Positions 6,870-15,265 of a stretch of DNA of 64,000 nt are shown here, one piece after another. The first letter of the stretch is position 1; every line of letters starts with the position of its first letter. The DNA lies in NCBI GenBank assembly GCA_963702565.1, contig CAVPDE010000011.1:40918-104917 (forward strand), in the 5' to 3' direction. This DNA is from an uncultured delta proteobacterium. Lineage in GTDB: Bacteria; Desulfobacterota; DSM-4660; Desulfatiglandales; HGW-15. A program made the position numbers and the translations under genes. Below the pieces are notes generated by a model, which saw nothing but the letters and a program-made list of their open reading frames with translations, was not told where the DNA came from and ran no database searches.

Positions 6870-9461
6870 TCAATGCTCCTTGAGAACCAGGGCAGGGGAA
6901 GACTTCACTACGAGGCGGACAGCCGGAAGAGCCGCAACAAGGGCAGTTCCCAGAATGAGCGGCAGGGAAACAAGAAGCGCTTTCCAGTCCACCACATACA
7001 GGAAGGTCCAACCGAAGGACTGCAAGTTGATCACGTCAATCAGCAGGTGGGCCATGAGGAAGCCGCATACCAGCCCGACAGTTTCACCTGTGACCACCAT
7101 GAGAACCGCTTCCCAGAAAATCATGGAGCGGATCTGTCCGGATCCTGCGCCGATCGCTGCCAGTGTGTTCAGTTGCCGGATTCTTTCCAGGACAAGAACC
7201 GTGAGCGTGGTCGTGATGCCGAGCCCTGCAACGACAAGGGCGATCAGAAGCAGTACCGTGGTCACGGCAAAGGTTTGATCAAAGACCTCCAGGATTTCCT
7301 TCCTCAGTTCTACTCCCCCAATCATTTCGATAGGGTGCTCCCTGGCACAGCACCTGAGAACCTCGGCACGGAGGCGATCCGTGGCTTCCTTCAGATCCTT
7401 GGGAGGCTTGCTGAAAAAGAATCGCGCCCCGCTCCACGCCATGTCCCCGGTGACGGCCTGGAAGCGGGAAAGATCCGCATAGACAATACCGCCTCGGGTC
7501 CTGTAATCCCGAAAGACTCCCAGGATCGGAAGGTCAAGGGAGCCGGCTCCTAGTCCCACCTGGAAGCGCTGACCTCTGCCGAGGCCGGTCTGGTTCGTGA
7601 AGACCTCGGACACAAGCACCCCGTTTCCTCTAATGAGGTCAGCCGTGATCGCTCCCATGTCTCCATGCAACAAAAGGAAGTGAGCGTGACGGAGAAGGGA
7701 ATCAAAAGGAACCGCTTCGAACTCGAAGGGAACTTTTCCAAGACGGAGTTCAAGATGCCTGTAGGGCATAATCTCCGCGCCCTGGATCTGCTTGAGCCCT
7801 TCCACAGCCTTGGAAGGAAGAGGATCCTGGTAGAGATTAATTCCGGCCATCTTCGGCCGAAGGAAGAAATCGCCTGCCAGGGTTTGGTAGACCCACATGG
7901 AGACCGTGTGCCTGAAGCTGTGAACCATGATGACAAGAGCGACAAACAGAGCCATGGCAGTGACCAGGGCGCCCACGGAGATGGCGGTGCGGTTTCCTGC
8001 ATCGCGCATGTATCTTGCCGCAAGGAAGGCCGGCTCTCCGGCAATGCGACGAAGGAGAAACGGGAGTGAAGAGCCGATCCACCGAAGCACAGGCGTGCAG
8101 AGGAGAGAGAAGCCGATAACCAGGCAGAGGATAGACACGTACCCGGCCACAGGAAACCCCGGAAGCCCGGGCAGGTTTGCGAGGGGCCAGGAAAGTCCGA
8201 TCAGCATAAGCCCGAGAATAGGCCAGCGATAATCGCCTTGTGTCACCCCTGCGGCGGATTCATGGGTCATCATGGCTTCACGCGGCGCTATGCGGGTTGC
8301 CAGGAGGGCGGGTCTGGAAGCTGCAGCGCAAGCCACGAAAAGGGTGACACAGAAGGAGAGGAGGATCTCCCAGGGATCCAGAACCAGGTTCTCTACCCGG
8401 ACCCTCACAAACAGGTTGGTGATCGTACTGCTCACTCCCTGCACCAGGTAGTTGACGAGAAATGAGCCGATCGGGATGGCCATGAACCACCCCAGGAGCC
8501 CCAGAAGCAAACCCTCGCAGAGAACGATAGCAAAAATCATCCGGGAGGAAGCCCCTAGAGAGCGCAAAACAGACAGTTCTCGTCGCTGTGAGGCGGCGTT
8601 GAGAGAAACAAGACTGTACACCAGGAACATGCCTACAAAGAGAGAGACGAAGCTGAGCATGGACAGGTTGAGCTGATACGCGTGGATCATGTTCTGTCCT
8701 GATTCCCTGGTCTCGACCGGAGCCTCGAGACGGACGCTTGGGGGAAGAAGGGTCCGGAGATTGTCCAGGTCGTGCGGGGTTGCTCCGGCCTTGAGGCGAA
8801 GATCAATGCGGTCCACCCAGCCCTGTAAGCCGGTGAACTCCTGCATAGTGGCCAGATCCGCGATGGCCACATACCCTCCTTCGACCAGAGAGAGGCCATA
8901 TTCCTCCAGAATGCCGACGACCGTGAACTGAGAGATCTGGTTCACGTGCTCGAGGGTCACCGTTTGACCCGGGCCGAGACCCAGTTGACGGGCAAGGCGG
9001 TGGCTCAAGAGAAGGGTGTTGGGCGAAGTCACAACCTGGAGCCAGATGCGGGAGATATCGCCTGAAGACGACGCTATTTGCCAGGACCGGAGAGGGAAAT
9101 CCAGGATGGGATCAAGGCCGACCATGAGAAAAGGTTCTTCGTCCCGGCCGGCCATCGTGACATAGCTGGAAATGAGAGGCGAAGCCGTTTCCACCGCAGC
9201 ATGGGACCAAAGCGCTGCAACCAGATCCTCCTGGACCCGGCCGCCGGATCGCACCACGGTGCTGTCTGCGTGACCGCTCAGGAGATCAAAGGTTCTGGTG
9301 AAGGAATCCATGGAGGCGTCCACAGCGAGACGCACACTGGTGAACACCGCGGCACCGAGCGCAATACCCAATATCACCGCGAGAACACGCCAGGGATGAG
9401 TGAGCAGATGACGCCAGCTGAATCCCTTCAGGAGGCGGAGGAAAAAGATCAATCGTCGCAT
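6870..9461 (-). CDS. ABC transporter permease with duplicated FtsX-like domains (MacB/AttFG type)
   Basis: About 860 aa with two FtsX-type 4-TM blocks. The start was moved to ATG 9459-9461, which overlaps the upstream stop (TGATG). Confidence 0.9.
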   Translation of the reverse strand: MRRLIFFLRLLKGFSWRHLLTHPWRVLAVILGIALGAAVFTSVRLAVDASMDSFTRTFDLLSGHADSTVVRSGGRVQEDLVAALWSHAAVETASPLISSYVTMAGRDEEPFLMVGLDPILDFPLRSWQIASSSGDISRIWLQVVTSPNTLLLSHRLARQLGLGPGQTVTLEHVNQISQFTVVGILEEYGLSLVEGGYVAIADLATMQEFTGLQGWVDRIDLRLKAGATPHDLDNLRTLLPPSVRLEAPVETRESGQNMIHAYQLNLSMLSFVSLFVGMFLVYSLVSLNAASQRRELSVLRSLGASSRMIFAIVLCEGLLLGLLGWFMAIPIGSFLVNYLVQGVSSTITNLFVRVRVENLVLDPWEILLSFCVTLFVACAAASRPALLATRIAPREAMMTHESAAGVTQGDYRWPILGLMLIGLSWPLANLPGLPGFPVAGYVSILCLVIGFSLLCTPVLRWIGSSLPFLLRRIAGEPAFLAARYMRDAGNRTAISVGALVTAMALFVALVIMVHSFRHTVSMWVYQTLAGDFFLRPKMAGINLYQDPLPSKAVEGLKQIQGAEIMPYRHLELRLGKVPFEFEAVPFDSLLRHAHFLLLHGDMGAITADLIRGNGVLVSEVFTNQTGLGRGQRFQVGLGAGSLDLPILGVFRDYRTRGGIVYADLSRFQAVTGDMAWSGARFFFSKPPKDLKEATDRLRAEVLRCCAREHPIEMIGGVELRKEILEVFDQTFAVTTVLLLIALVVAGLGITTTLTVLVLERIRQLNTLAAIGAGSGQIRSMIFWEAVLMVVTGETVGLVCGFLMAHLLIDVINLQSFGWTFLYVVDWKALLVSLPLILGTALVAALPAVRLVVKSSPALVLKEH

Positions 9462-10159
9462 CAAGGGGCCTCGGTGATCCTGCCGTCTCTCAGGCAGAGA
9501 CGAAGGGTGGCGCAATGGTCTGCCAGGGTACTGTGCGTCGCGAGAATGATGGTCCTGCCGAAACGGCGATTCAGTTCTGCAAGAAGTTCAATGACTGCTT
9601 GGCCGTTGCCGCTGTCCAGGTTCCCGGTCGGTTCGTCTGCAAGAATAATGGCCGGTTCGTTGATCAAGGCACGCACAATGGCCGTGCGCTGCATCTCACC
9701 GCCGGAGAGCTGGCTGGGGTAATGGGTAAGGCGGGAGGAAAGATTCAACCACTCCAACCATTCCAGGGCTTGCTTCTTGAATTCTTCATAAGGCCGGCCT
9801 GCCAGGAGGGCAGGAAGGCAGACATTCTCAATGACCGTCAGGGTGGGCAGCAGGTTGAAGGTCTGGAATATCATTCCCACCACTTTTCTCCGATAGTCGG
9901 TGAGCTCATGAGGGCTCGCTTTCTGGAGATCCTGGTTGGCGACTCTGAGCGTGCCTCTTGTGGGCTGGTCAAGGCCGCCGAGCAGGGCGAGCAAGGTGCT
10001 CTTGCCTGAGCCGCTGTTCCCTTTCAGGACGACCAGTTCACCGGGAGCAATGCGGAGGTCGATGTTCTCCACGCCGATGACCTCGGTGGATCCCAAAGGG
10101 TAGATGCGCGTGAGCCCTTCAGCAACGATGAGAGGATTTGTAGAAGGATCCGTCATCAT
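9461..10159 (-). CDS. ABC transporter ATP-binding protein (LolD/MacB-type)
   Basis: Walker [10 protein letters not shown], signature LSGGEMQR, Walker [12 protein letters not shown]. Confidence 0.95.
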   Translation of the reverse strand: MMTDPSTNPLIVAEGLTRIYPLGSTEVIGVENIDLRIAPGELVVLKGNSGSGKSTLLALLGGLDQPTRGTLRVANQDLQKASPHELTDYRRKVVGMIFQTFNLLPTLTVIENVCLPALLAGRPYEEFKKQALEWLEWLNLSSRLTHYPSQLSGGEMQRTAIVRALINEPAIILADEPTGNLDSGNGQAVIELLAELNRRFGRTIILATHSTLADHCATLRLCLRDGRITEAP

Positions 10160-10213
10160 ACGACCCCCATGGCCTCAGCCATCCGTTTCAAAAAGTTAAC
10201 GTGCTACGAGAAA

Positions 10214-11188
10214 TCAAGATTGACCGACCACTTTCCAGCACCGCACCCTGTGGTCATCCCCTACGGGATAGAACTTGATTTCTTCAATCCTGCAGCGATT
10301 TTCGACCAGAGGACATCTTCCCTGGAACTTGCAACCGGGCGGGGGATTGAAGGGGCTCGGCACATCCCCTGCAAGCTCTACAACCTCCAGAGAGCTTTCC
10401 TTTCCAGGAGCGGGCACAGCCGAGAGGAGCGCGAGGGTGTAAGGGTGAAGCGGTCGGTCGAACAATTCTTCAGTGGGTGCATACTCCATGATGTGACCGA
10501 GATACATGACGGCGACCCTGTCACTGATGTAGCTCACGACATGGAGGTCGTGGGAGATGAAAAGGTAACTGAGCCCAAGACGGCTCTGGAGTTCCTTGAG
10601 CAGGTTGATGATTTGGGCTTGGATGGAAACGTCCAGGGCTGAGACCGGTTCGTCGCAAATGATGAGTGAAGGCTCTACGCTGAGCGCCCTCGCAATGCCA
10701 ATCCTCTGCCTCTGACCGCCGCTGAACTCATGGGGATAACGATCCGCGGCAGAAGGAGCCATACCCACCATGTTTAGAAGGTTTTCGACCCGCATCCTTC
10801 GTTCAGCGCGATTCCCGACCCTTATCGTTCTCCGCCCCTCCTCGATCGACTGGCCGACTGTCATCCTGGGATTCAGGGAGCCGAAGGGGTCCTGGAAGAT
10901 GATCTGCATCTCTTTTCTGAGAGGCAACACTTCTTTTTGAGAGAGAGGGGCAATGTCGCGGCCTTTGTAAAAGATAGTCCCTTGATCGGGCTCCAGGAGC
11001 CTCAGGATAAGTCTGCCGATCGTCGATTTCCCGCACCCGCTTTCTCCGACCAGACCGAGGGTCTTGCCCTGATCGATGGCGAAATCAACGCCGTCCACGG
11101 CTTTGACCCAGCCGATGACCTTTTGCAGAAAACCTCGGCGAACGGGGAAATATTTTCGGAGACCTCCGACTTTGAGCATGATGGTCAT
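10214..11188 (-). CDS. Oligopeptide/dipeptide ABC transporter ATP-binding protein (OppF/DppF-type)
   Basis: GESGCGKST, FSGGQRQR, and the C-terminal oligopeptide-transporter extension (HPYT...C..RC). Confidence 0.9.
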   Translation of the reverse strand: MTIMLKVGGLRKYFPVRRGFLQKVIGWVKAVDGVDFAIDQGKTLGLVGESGCGKSTIGRLILRLLEPDQGTIFYKGRDIAPLSQKEVLPLRKEMQIIFQDPFGSLNPRMTVGQSIEEGRRTIRVGNRAERRMRVENLLNMVGMAPSAADRYPHEFSGGQRQRIGIARALSVEPSLIICDEPVSALDVSIQAQIINLLKELQSRLGLSYLFISHDLHVVSYISDRVAVMYLGHIMEYAPTEELFDRPLHPYTLALLSAVPAPGKESSLEVVELAGDVPSPFNPPPGCKFQGRCPLVENRCRIEEIKFYPVGDDHRVRCWKVVGQS

Positions 11189-11345
11189 TAGAAAGTGCCT
11201 AAAGTGAGCTAAAGTGTCTAAAGTTGAAACCCTAAAACCGTAAACACGAAAGCGCGAAAGTAGGAAAGCACGAAAGAAGAGGGGAGTTCTATTGAAAACA
11301 GGTCATTCCTTTTCGTGTTTTCGACCTTTCGTGTCTTTGTGGTTG
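11189..11345. repeat. Composite spacer element: CTAAAGTG-unit array (11194-11224) plus an NNNGAAAG / CTTTCGTG inverted-array hairpin (11245-11342)
   Basis: AGTGCCTAAAGTGAGCTAAAGTGTCTAAAGTT, then CACGAAAG CGCGAAAG TAGGAAAG CACGAAAG, a ~25-nt centre, then CTTTTCGTG TTTTCGAC CTTTCGTG TCTTTGTG. The right arm overlaps the last 13 codons and the stop of the upstream ATPase gene. Confidence 0.85.
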
Positions 11346-12322
11346 TCCCTTCTCGCATAAAGGACGGGACAGCGGCTCAAGTGGCCGTCGCCATAATCGC
11401 AAAGGTCCGGAAACTCGATGCGACATGTTTCTCTCGCGTATGCGCACCGGGGATGAAAAGGACACCCTGGGGGCCTGAAAGCCGCATCCGGCACAGTTCC
11501 CGGAATGCTATGCAGAGTCCCGCCCCTCTTGGAGCGATGAGGAAGGGAAGCGAGGAGTCCCATGGTATAGGGATGACGAGCGTCTCCGAAAATCGTTGCT
11601 GTTGCCCCCTGCTCCGCGATTAATCCCGCATACATGACGTAAATTCGGTCGGCAATGTTGGACACCACGTTCAGATCATGGGTGATGTAGAGCAGCGACA
11701 TGCCGCGCTTTTTTTGAAGTCTTGCGAAGAGATTGAGAATCTGCCGCTGAATGGTTACGTCGAGAGCTGTTGTCGGTTCATCGGCGATGACGAGATCCGG
11801 ATTGCATGCCAGGGCCATGGCGATCATGACTCTTTGTCGCTGGCCACCGCTCAATTGATGCGGGTAGTCGTTGATCCTCTCCTCAGGAGAAGGGATGCCC
11901 ACATCGCGCAAAAGCTGTAAACACCTCTCCTGAAGCTCCGCTTTTCCCATGTGCTCATGCACGAGAATCGCCTCTTTGATCTGATCACCAACCGTGAAGA
12001 CCGGATTGAGGGAAGTCATAGGTTCCTGGAAAACCATGGCAATGCGGCTTCCCCGGATCTTCTGCATTTCCTCTTCCCCGAGTTCTAACAGGTTTCTGCC
12101 ATGAAAGAGGATCTTGCCGCCGGCGATTTCGCCGGGAGGCCGGGGAATGAGGCCGAGAATCGTGAGGGCTGAGACGGTCTTGCCGCAACCCGACTCACCG
12201 ACGAGGCATACCGTCTCTCCCTTGCGGATGTCATAGCTCACTCCGTCCAGGGCGTGAGCCAAGGTCTCATCGCCCCGGAAGTGGACCTTCAGATCCTGAA
12301 CGGATAATAAGAGGTCTTTCAT
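11303..12322 (-). CDS. Oligopeptide/dipeptide ABC transporter ATP-binding protein (OppD/DppD-type)
   Basis: [17 protein letters not shown] and HPYT. The basic C-terminal tail [13 protein letters not shown] is encoded by the repeat arm. Confidence 0.9.
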   Translation of the reverse strand: MKDLLLSVQDLKVHFRGDETLAHALDGVSYDIRKGETVCLVGESGCGKTVSALTILGLIPRPPGEIAGGKILFHGRNLLELGEEEMQKIRGSRIAMVFQEPMTSLNPVFTVGDQIKEAILVHEHMGKAELQERCLQLLRDVGIPSPEERINDYPHQLSGGQRQRVMIAMALACNPDLVIADEPTTALDVTIQRQILNLFARLQKKRGMSLLYITHDLNVVSNIADRIYVMYAGLIAEQGATATIFGDARHPYTMGLLASLPHRSKRGGTLHSIPGTVPDAAFRPPGCPFHPRCAYARETCRIEFPDLCDYGDGHLSRCPVLYARRDNHKDTKGRKHEKE

Positions 12323-12323
12323 T

Positions 12324-12364
12324 AGTGCCTAAAGTGTCTAAAGTGAGCTAAAGTGTCTAAAGTT
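12324..12364. repeat. CTAAAGTG-unit array (4 units), left inverted repeat of the 4HB cassette
   Basis: AGTGCCTAAAGTG TCTAAAGTG AGCTAAAGTG TCTAAAGTT. It abuts the ATG of the OppD-type gene. Confidence 0.85.
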
Positions 12365-12387
12365 ATAAAAACAAGAACCAGAAGAGC

Positions 12388-12741
12388 CTATCCAGCTTTC
12401 CCAATGGAAGTGAAAATTGCTAAGAGCTCGCTGCACTCATCGTGGTCAGCCTTCAGTTCCCCCCAAGGGATCCAACCTGTCTCTTTGATGACTTCCAGCC
12501 AATACTGTGTTTCGCTAGCCTCAGTCTCACATATGGAAATCCTATTCTTGAAATCAGCCCTGCTTCTTGCTCTATTTGCTTCACGGTAATTTGCCCCGAT
12601 TGATGTACCGGACCTGGTCATTTGGTTCTTGACGACTCTACCCTCTGGTGTGTTGGGTAGACGTGTTGACAGCCGAATAATCCGGACGCCGAACAGAAGC
12701 GTTCGACGCTCCAATTCCTTTGCGAATTCCTTATTCTTCAT
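12388..12741 (-). CDS. Four-helix-bundle protein (23S rRNA intervening-sequence protein / S23p family, Avd-related)
   Basis: 117 aa. SGTSIGANYREANRARSRADF and ETQYWLE are characteristic of this family. It is inserted between the permease and ATPase genes of the peptide ABC operon. Confidence 0.8.
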   Translation of the reverse strand: MKNKEFAKELERRTLLFGVRIIRLSTRLPNTPEGRVVKNQMTRSGTSIGANYREANRARSRADFKNRISICETEASETQYWLEVIKETGWIPWGELKADHDECSELLAIFTSIGKAG

Positions 12742-12755
12742 GTTTTGACCTTCAA

Positions 12756-12829
12756 TTTTAGCTCACTTTAGCCTCCGGCCTGTAGGGCCTACGGCCCGGA
12801 GGGACACTTTAGTTCACTTTAGGCACTTC
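12756..12829. repeat. Reverse-oriented CACTTTAG units split by a GC-rich hairpin, right inverted repeat of the 4HB cassette
   Basis: TTTTAGCTCACTTTAG (12756-12771), the GC hairpin CCTCCGGCCTGTAGGGCCTACGGCCCGGAGG, then ACACTTTAGTTCACTTTAGGCACTT (12804-12828). Confidence 0.85.
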
Positions 12830-13996
12830 TCAGTATCTTTCCCTCAGCTTCGGATTCAGAATGTCCCGCAAGCCTTCACCAAAGAGGTTGAAGGACAGGA
12901 CGACGATGAGAATGGCAAACCCGGGCACAAAGGTCAGCCACGGCGCATCGAAGATGAACCTCTTTCCATCGGATAGAATGTTGCCCCACGTCGCGTGGGG
13001 CGGCGGAACTCCGAAACCGAGAAAACTCAATCCAGCCTCGGTCAAAATCGCTCCTGCAATGCCGATGGTGGCGGAAACGAGGACAGGCGCGATTGCATTG
13101 GGAATCATGTGGCGGAAGATAATCCGCAGATCATTGACGCCCAGGGCCCTCGCAGCAGTGACAAAGTCCTGTTCCCTCAGGGAGAGAAATTCAGCCCGGA
13201 CAAAACGAGCTGTCCCTTCCCAGCTGGTGAGGCCAATGACGATCATGATGTTGTAGATGCTCGGTGGAAGCAGCGCGACCACGGTGAGGATCAGGAAGAA
13301 ACTGGGGAAGCAGAGCATGATGTCCACAAATCGCATGATCAGGGTGTCCACGGAAAAGGTTCCCGCAAAAAGAAAGCGGATCCACGGGTACCGGTGGAAA
13401 GTCCTATTTCTTGATAGGGCCACAAGGGCTAATGCAACAAAACACAGGATCACTCCGACAGGCAGATTTCCTGCGGCCAGGAATCCGCCTCCAATGAGGA
13501 GGAAGAAAGAGGCGAGCACGTGGTATACCCTGACAGGCCTTTCACCGTAATACCCTGAGAGGCCACCCATGAGGATTCCGACGAGTACAGAGATTCCTAC
13601 GGCAACGAAACCGACAGTCAAAGAAACCCAAGCCCCCTGGAGCATCCTTGCGAACACATCGCGACCCAGTTCATCGGTGCCAAAGAGATAAATTCCCAAC
13701 GCAGGAATTTCCTCCGGCCGCAGAACCGCTGCGATCGGGTTTGAAAGGGGAGGCCTCAACTTCTCAGGAAGGCGCACGAGCGATGGATCGATGGCAGGTT
13801 TTGTGCCCGATGTCAGCCACACCCCTGCGAGAGCGATGAGAAAGAAAAGAACAAAGATCAAGAATCCAGCCAAAGCGAGCTTGTTCTTCTTCAGCAGCCG
13901 CCAAGCTTCTTCCCAGCGCGAACGCCGAGGCATAAGAGGAGCTTCAGGGACAGAAGTTGTTTGAGGCGTGTTTTCGATCATGACGGTGAGCACCAA
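12830..13996 (-). CDS. Peptide ABC transporter permease (OppC/DppC-type)
   Basis: Binding-protein-dependent transport inner-membrane motif (EAARALG-like: TAARALGVNDLRIIFRHMIPN). The start is uncertain: TTG 13996 or ATG 13981. Confidence 0.9.
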   Translation of the reverse strand: MVLTVMIENTPQTTSVPEAPLMPRRSRWEEAWRLLKKNKLALAGFLIFVLFFLIALAGVWLTSGTKPAIDPSLVRLPEKLRPPLSNPIAAVLRPEEIPALGIYLFGTDELGRDVFARMLQGAWVSLTVGFVAVGISVLVGILMGGLSGYYGERPVRVYHVLASFFLLIGGGFLAAGNLPVGVILCFVALALVALSRNRTFHRYPWIRFLFAGTFSVDTLIMRFVDIMLCFPSFFLILTVVALLPPSIYNIMIVIGLTSWEGTARFVRAEFLSLREQDFVTAARALGVNDLRIIFRHMIPNAIAPVLVSATIGIAGAILTEAGLSFLGFGVPPPHATWGNILSDGKRFIFDAPWLTFVPGFAILIVVLSFNLFGEGLRDILNPKLRERY

Positions 13997-14011
13997 ACAT
14001 CAAGATGCAAC

Positions 14012-14135
14012 CATGAAAGCGCGAAAAGCAGAAAGCACGAAAGAAGAAGAGGGTTCTGCTGACAAAAGGTCATTCTTTTTCGTGCTTTTATCCTTTCGTG
14101 TTTTCGTGGTTCTCTTCTTGGCATTTTAGGCATTT
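14012..14135. repeat. Second copy of the NNNGAAAG / CTTTCGTG inverted-array hairpin (14012-14109) plus a degenerate reverse CATTTTAGGCA unit
   Basis: CATGAAAG CGCGAAAAG CAGAAAG CACGAAAG ... CTTTTTCGTG CTTTTATC CTTTCGTG TTTTCGTG. It aligns over its full length with 11245-11342, roughly four-fifths identical by eye. Confidence 0.85.
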
Positions 14136-15095
14136 CTACAGTCTTATCCTCGGGTCAACGACGAGATACAGAACATCCGAGATGAAAGTCCCGATAAGTA
14201 CCAGCACTGCCGAGATGAAGTTTACGGTCAGGATCACAGGATAATCCCTTGCAAGAATCGCCTCATAAGCCATCCGCCCCAGTCCGGGCCAGGAGAAAAT
14301 GGATTCGATGATGACTGAGCCTCCGATCAACCCGGGCAGGACAAGACCAAACATGGTGACAAAGGGCAAAAGGGCATTGCGAAGAGCGTGCTTGTAATGA
14401 ACCTGCTCTGCAGGGAGGCCTTTTGCCTTGGCCGTTCTCACATAGTCCTGACCCTCCACCTCGAGCATCTGCCCGCGCACATAGCGGGTGAGCACGGCAA
14501 TGCCGCCTACAGCACCCAGAACGGACGGCAGGAGCAAATGCCAGATCCGGTCCATGACCATTCGAACCCAGGACGTATCCCCCAAGCCGAAGGTCTCCAT
14601 GCCTATGACGGGGACTTGGAAGCGATTCACTACAATAATGATGAGAATGTAAGCAAAAAAGAATCCGGGAATAGAAATGAGGAGGTAAGAAAGAAAAGTC
14701 GTAGACCGGTCGTAAATCCCTCCTCTGTGAATGGCCGCACGGATCCCGATGGGGAAGGAAAGAGTCCATGTGAGAATGGTCCCGACAATGAAGAGGGGAA
14801 GACTGTTCAGAAATCGTTCCCAGATCTTGGTCAGTACAGGCTGGTTGTCTTTCCAGGATACCGTTCTGCCTGTAACAAGATCTCTGTGGTAGTAGAGATA
14901 TTGGATGTGGAGGGGTTTGTCGAGGTGGAAGGCTTTGCGGAAACGTTCCACGATCTCAGGAGTGAAGCGGGGGTTGAGAGGGTCTACCTGGCTCGGTTTG
15001 CCGGGCGCGAGATACACAATGAGAAAAGAGACGATGGAAACGAAGAAGAGGGTGACGATCTTCTGGATGATGCTTCTGCCGATGAAAGAAAGCAT
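14136..15095 (-). CDS. Peptide ABC transporter permease (OppB/DppB-type)
   Basis: 319 aa, six TM segments, and the YVRTAKAKGL motif typical of OppB/DppB. Confidence 0.9.
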   Translation of the reverse strand: MLSFIGRSIIQKIVTLFFVSIVSFLIVYLAPGKPSQVDPLNPRFTPEIVERFRKAFHLDKPLHIQYLYYHRDLVTGRTVSWKDNQPVLTKIWERFLNSLPLFIVGTILTWTLSFPIGIRAAIHRGGIYDRSTTFLSYLLISIPGFFFAYILIIIVVNRFQVPVIGMETFGLGDTSWVRMVMDRIWHLLLPSVLGAVGGIAVLTRYVRGQMLEVEGQDYVRTAKAKGLPAEQVHYKHALRNALLPFVTMFGLVLPGLIGGSVIIESIFSWPGLGRMAYEAILARDYPVILTVNFISAVLVLIGTFISDVLYLVVDPRIRL

Positions 15096-15100
15096 AACAA

Positions 15101-15231
15101 ATGCCTAAAGGGAGAAGAAGTGTCTAAAGTGAACTAAAGTGCCTAAAGTTAAAAACCGAGTGACGAGTCAAGCAAACAAGATACAACGGACAACGGACCA
15201 CTGACTGCGGACAACCGACAACGGACAACCT
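15101..15231. repeat. CTAAAGTG-unit array (15101-15150) plus seven direct heptamers ACAACGG-type (15183-15231)
   Basis: ATGCCTAAAGGGAGAAGAAGTGTCTAAAGTGAACTAAAGTGCCTAAAGTT, then ACAACGG ACAACGG ACCACTG ACTGCGG ACAACCG ACAACGG ACAACCT. Confidence 0.85.
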
Positions 15232-15265
15232 GTTAAAAGCTAGAAACCAAAGCTTCCATCTGAAA

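Noticed and set aside
12353-12589. A 78-aa plus-strand ORF starting MSKVIKTRTRR inside the 4HB cassette.
   Set aside because: It is antisense to the well-supported 4HB gene. It starts in a CTAAAGTG unit without the GGGAG SD seen in the other MSKV mini-ORFs, and its translation is featureless.
12388-12741. The four-helix-bundle gene as the Avd component of a diversity-generating retroelement.
   Set aside because: There is no reverse transcriptase ORF, no template/variable repeat pair and no adenine-mutagenesis signature anywhere in the window. Only the family relationship remains.
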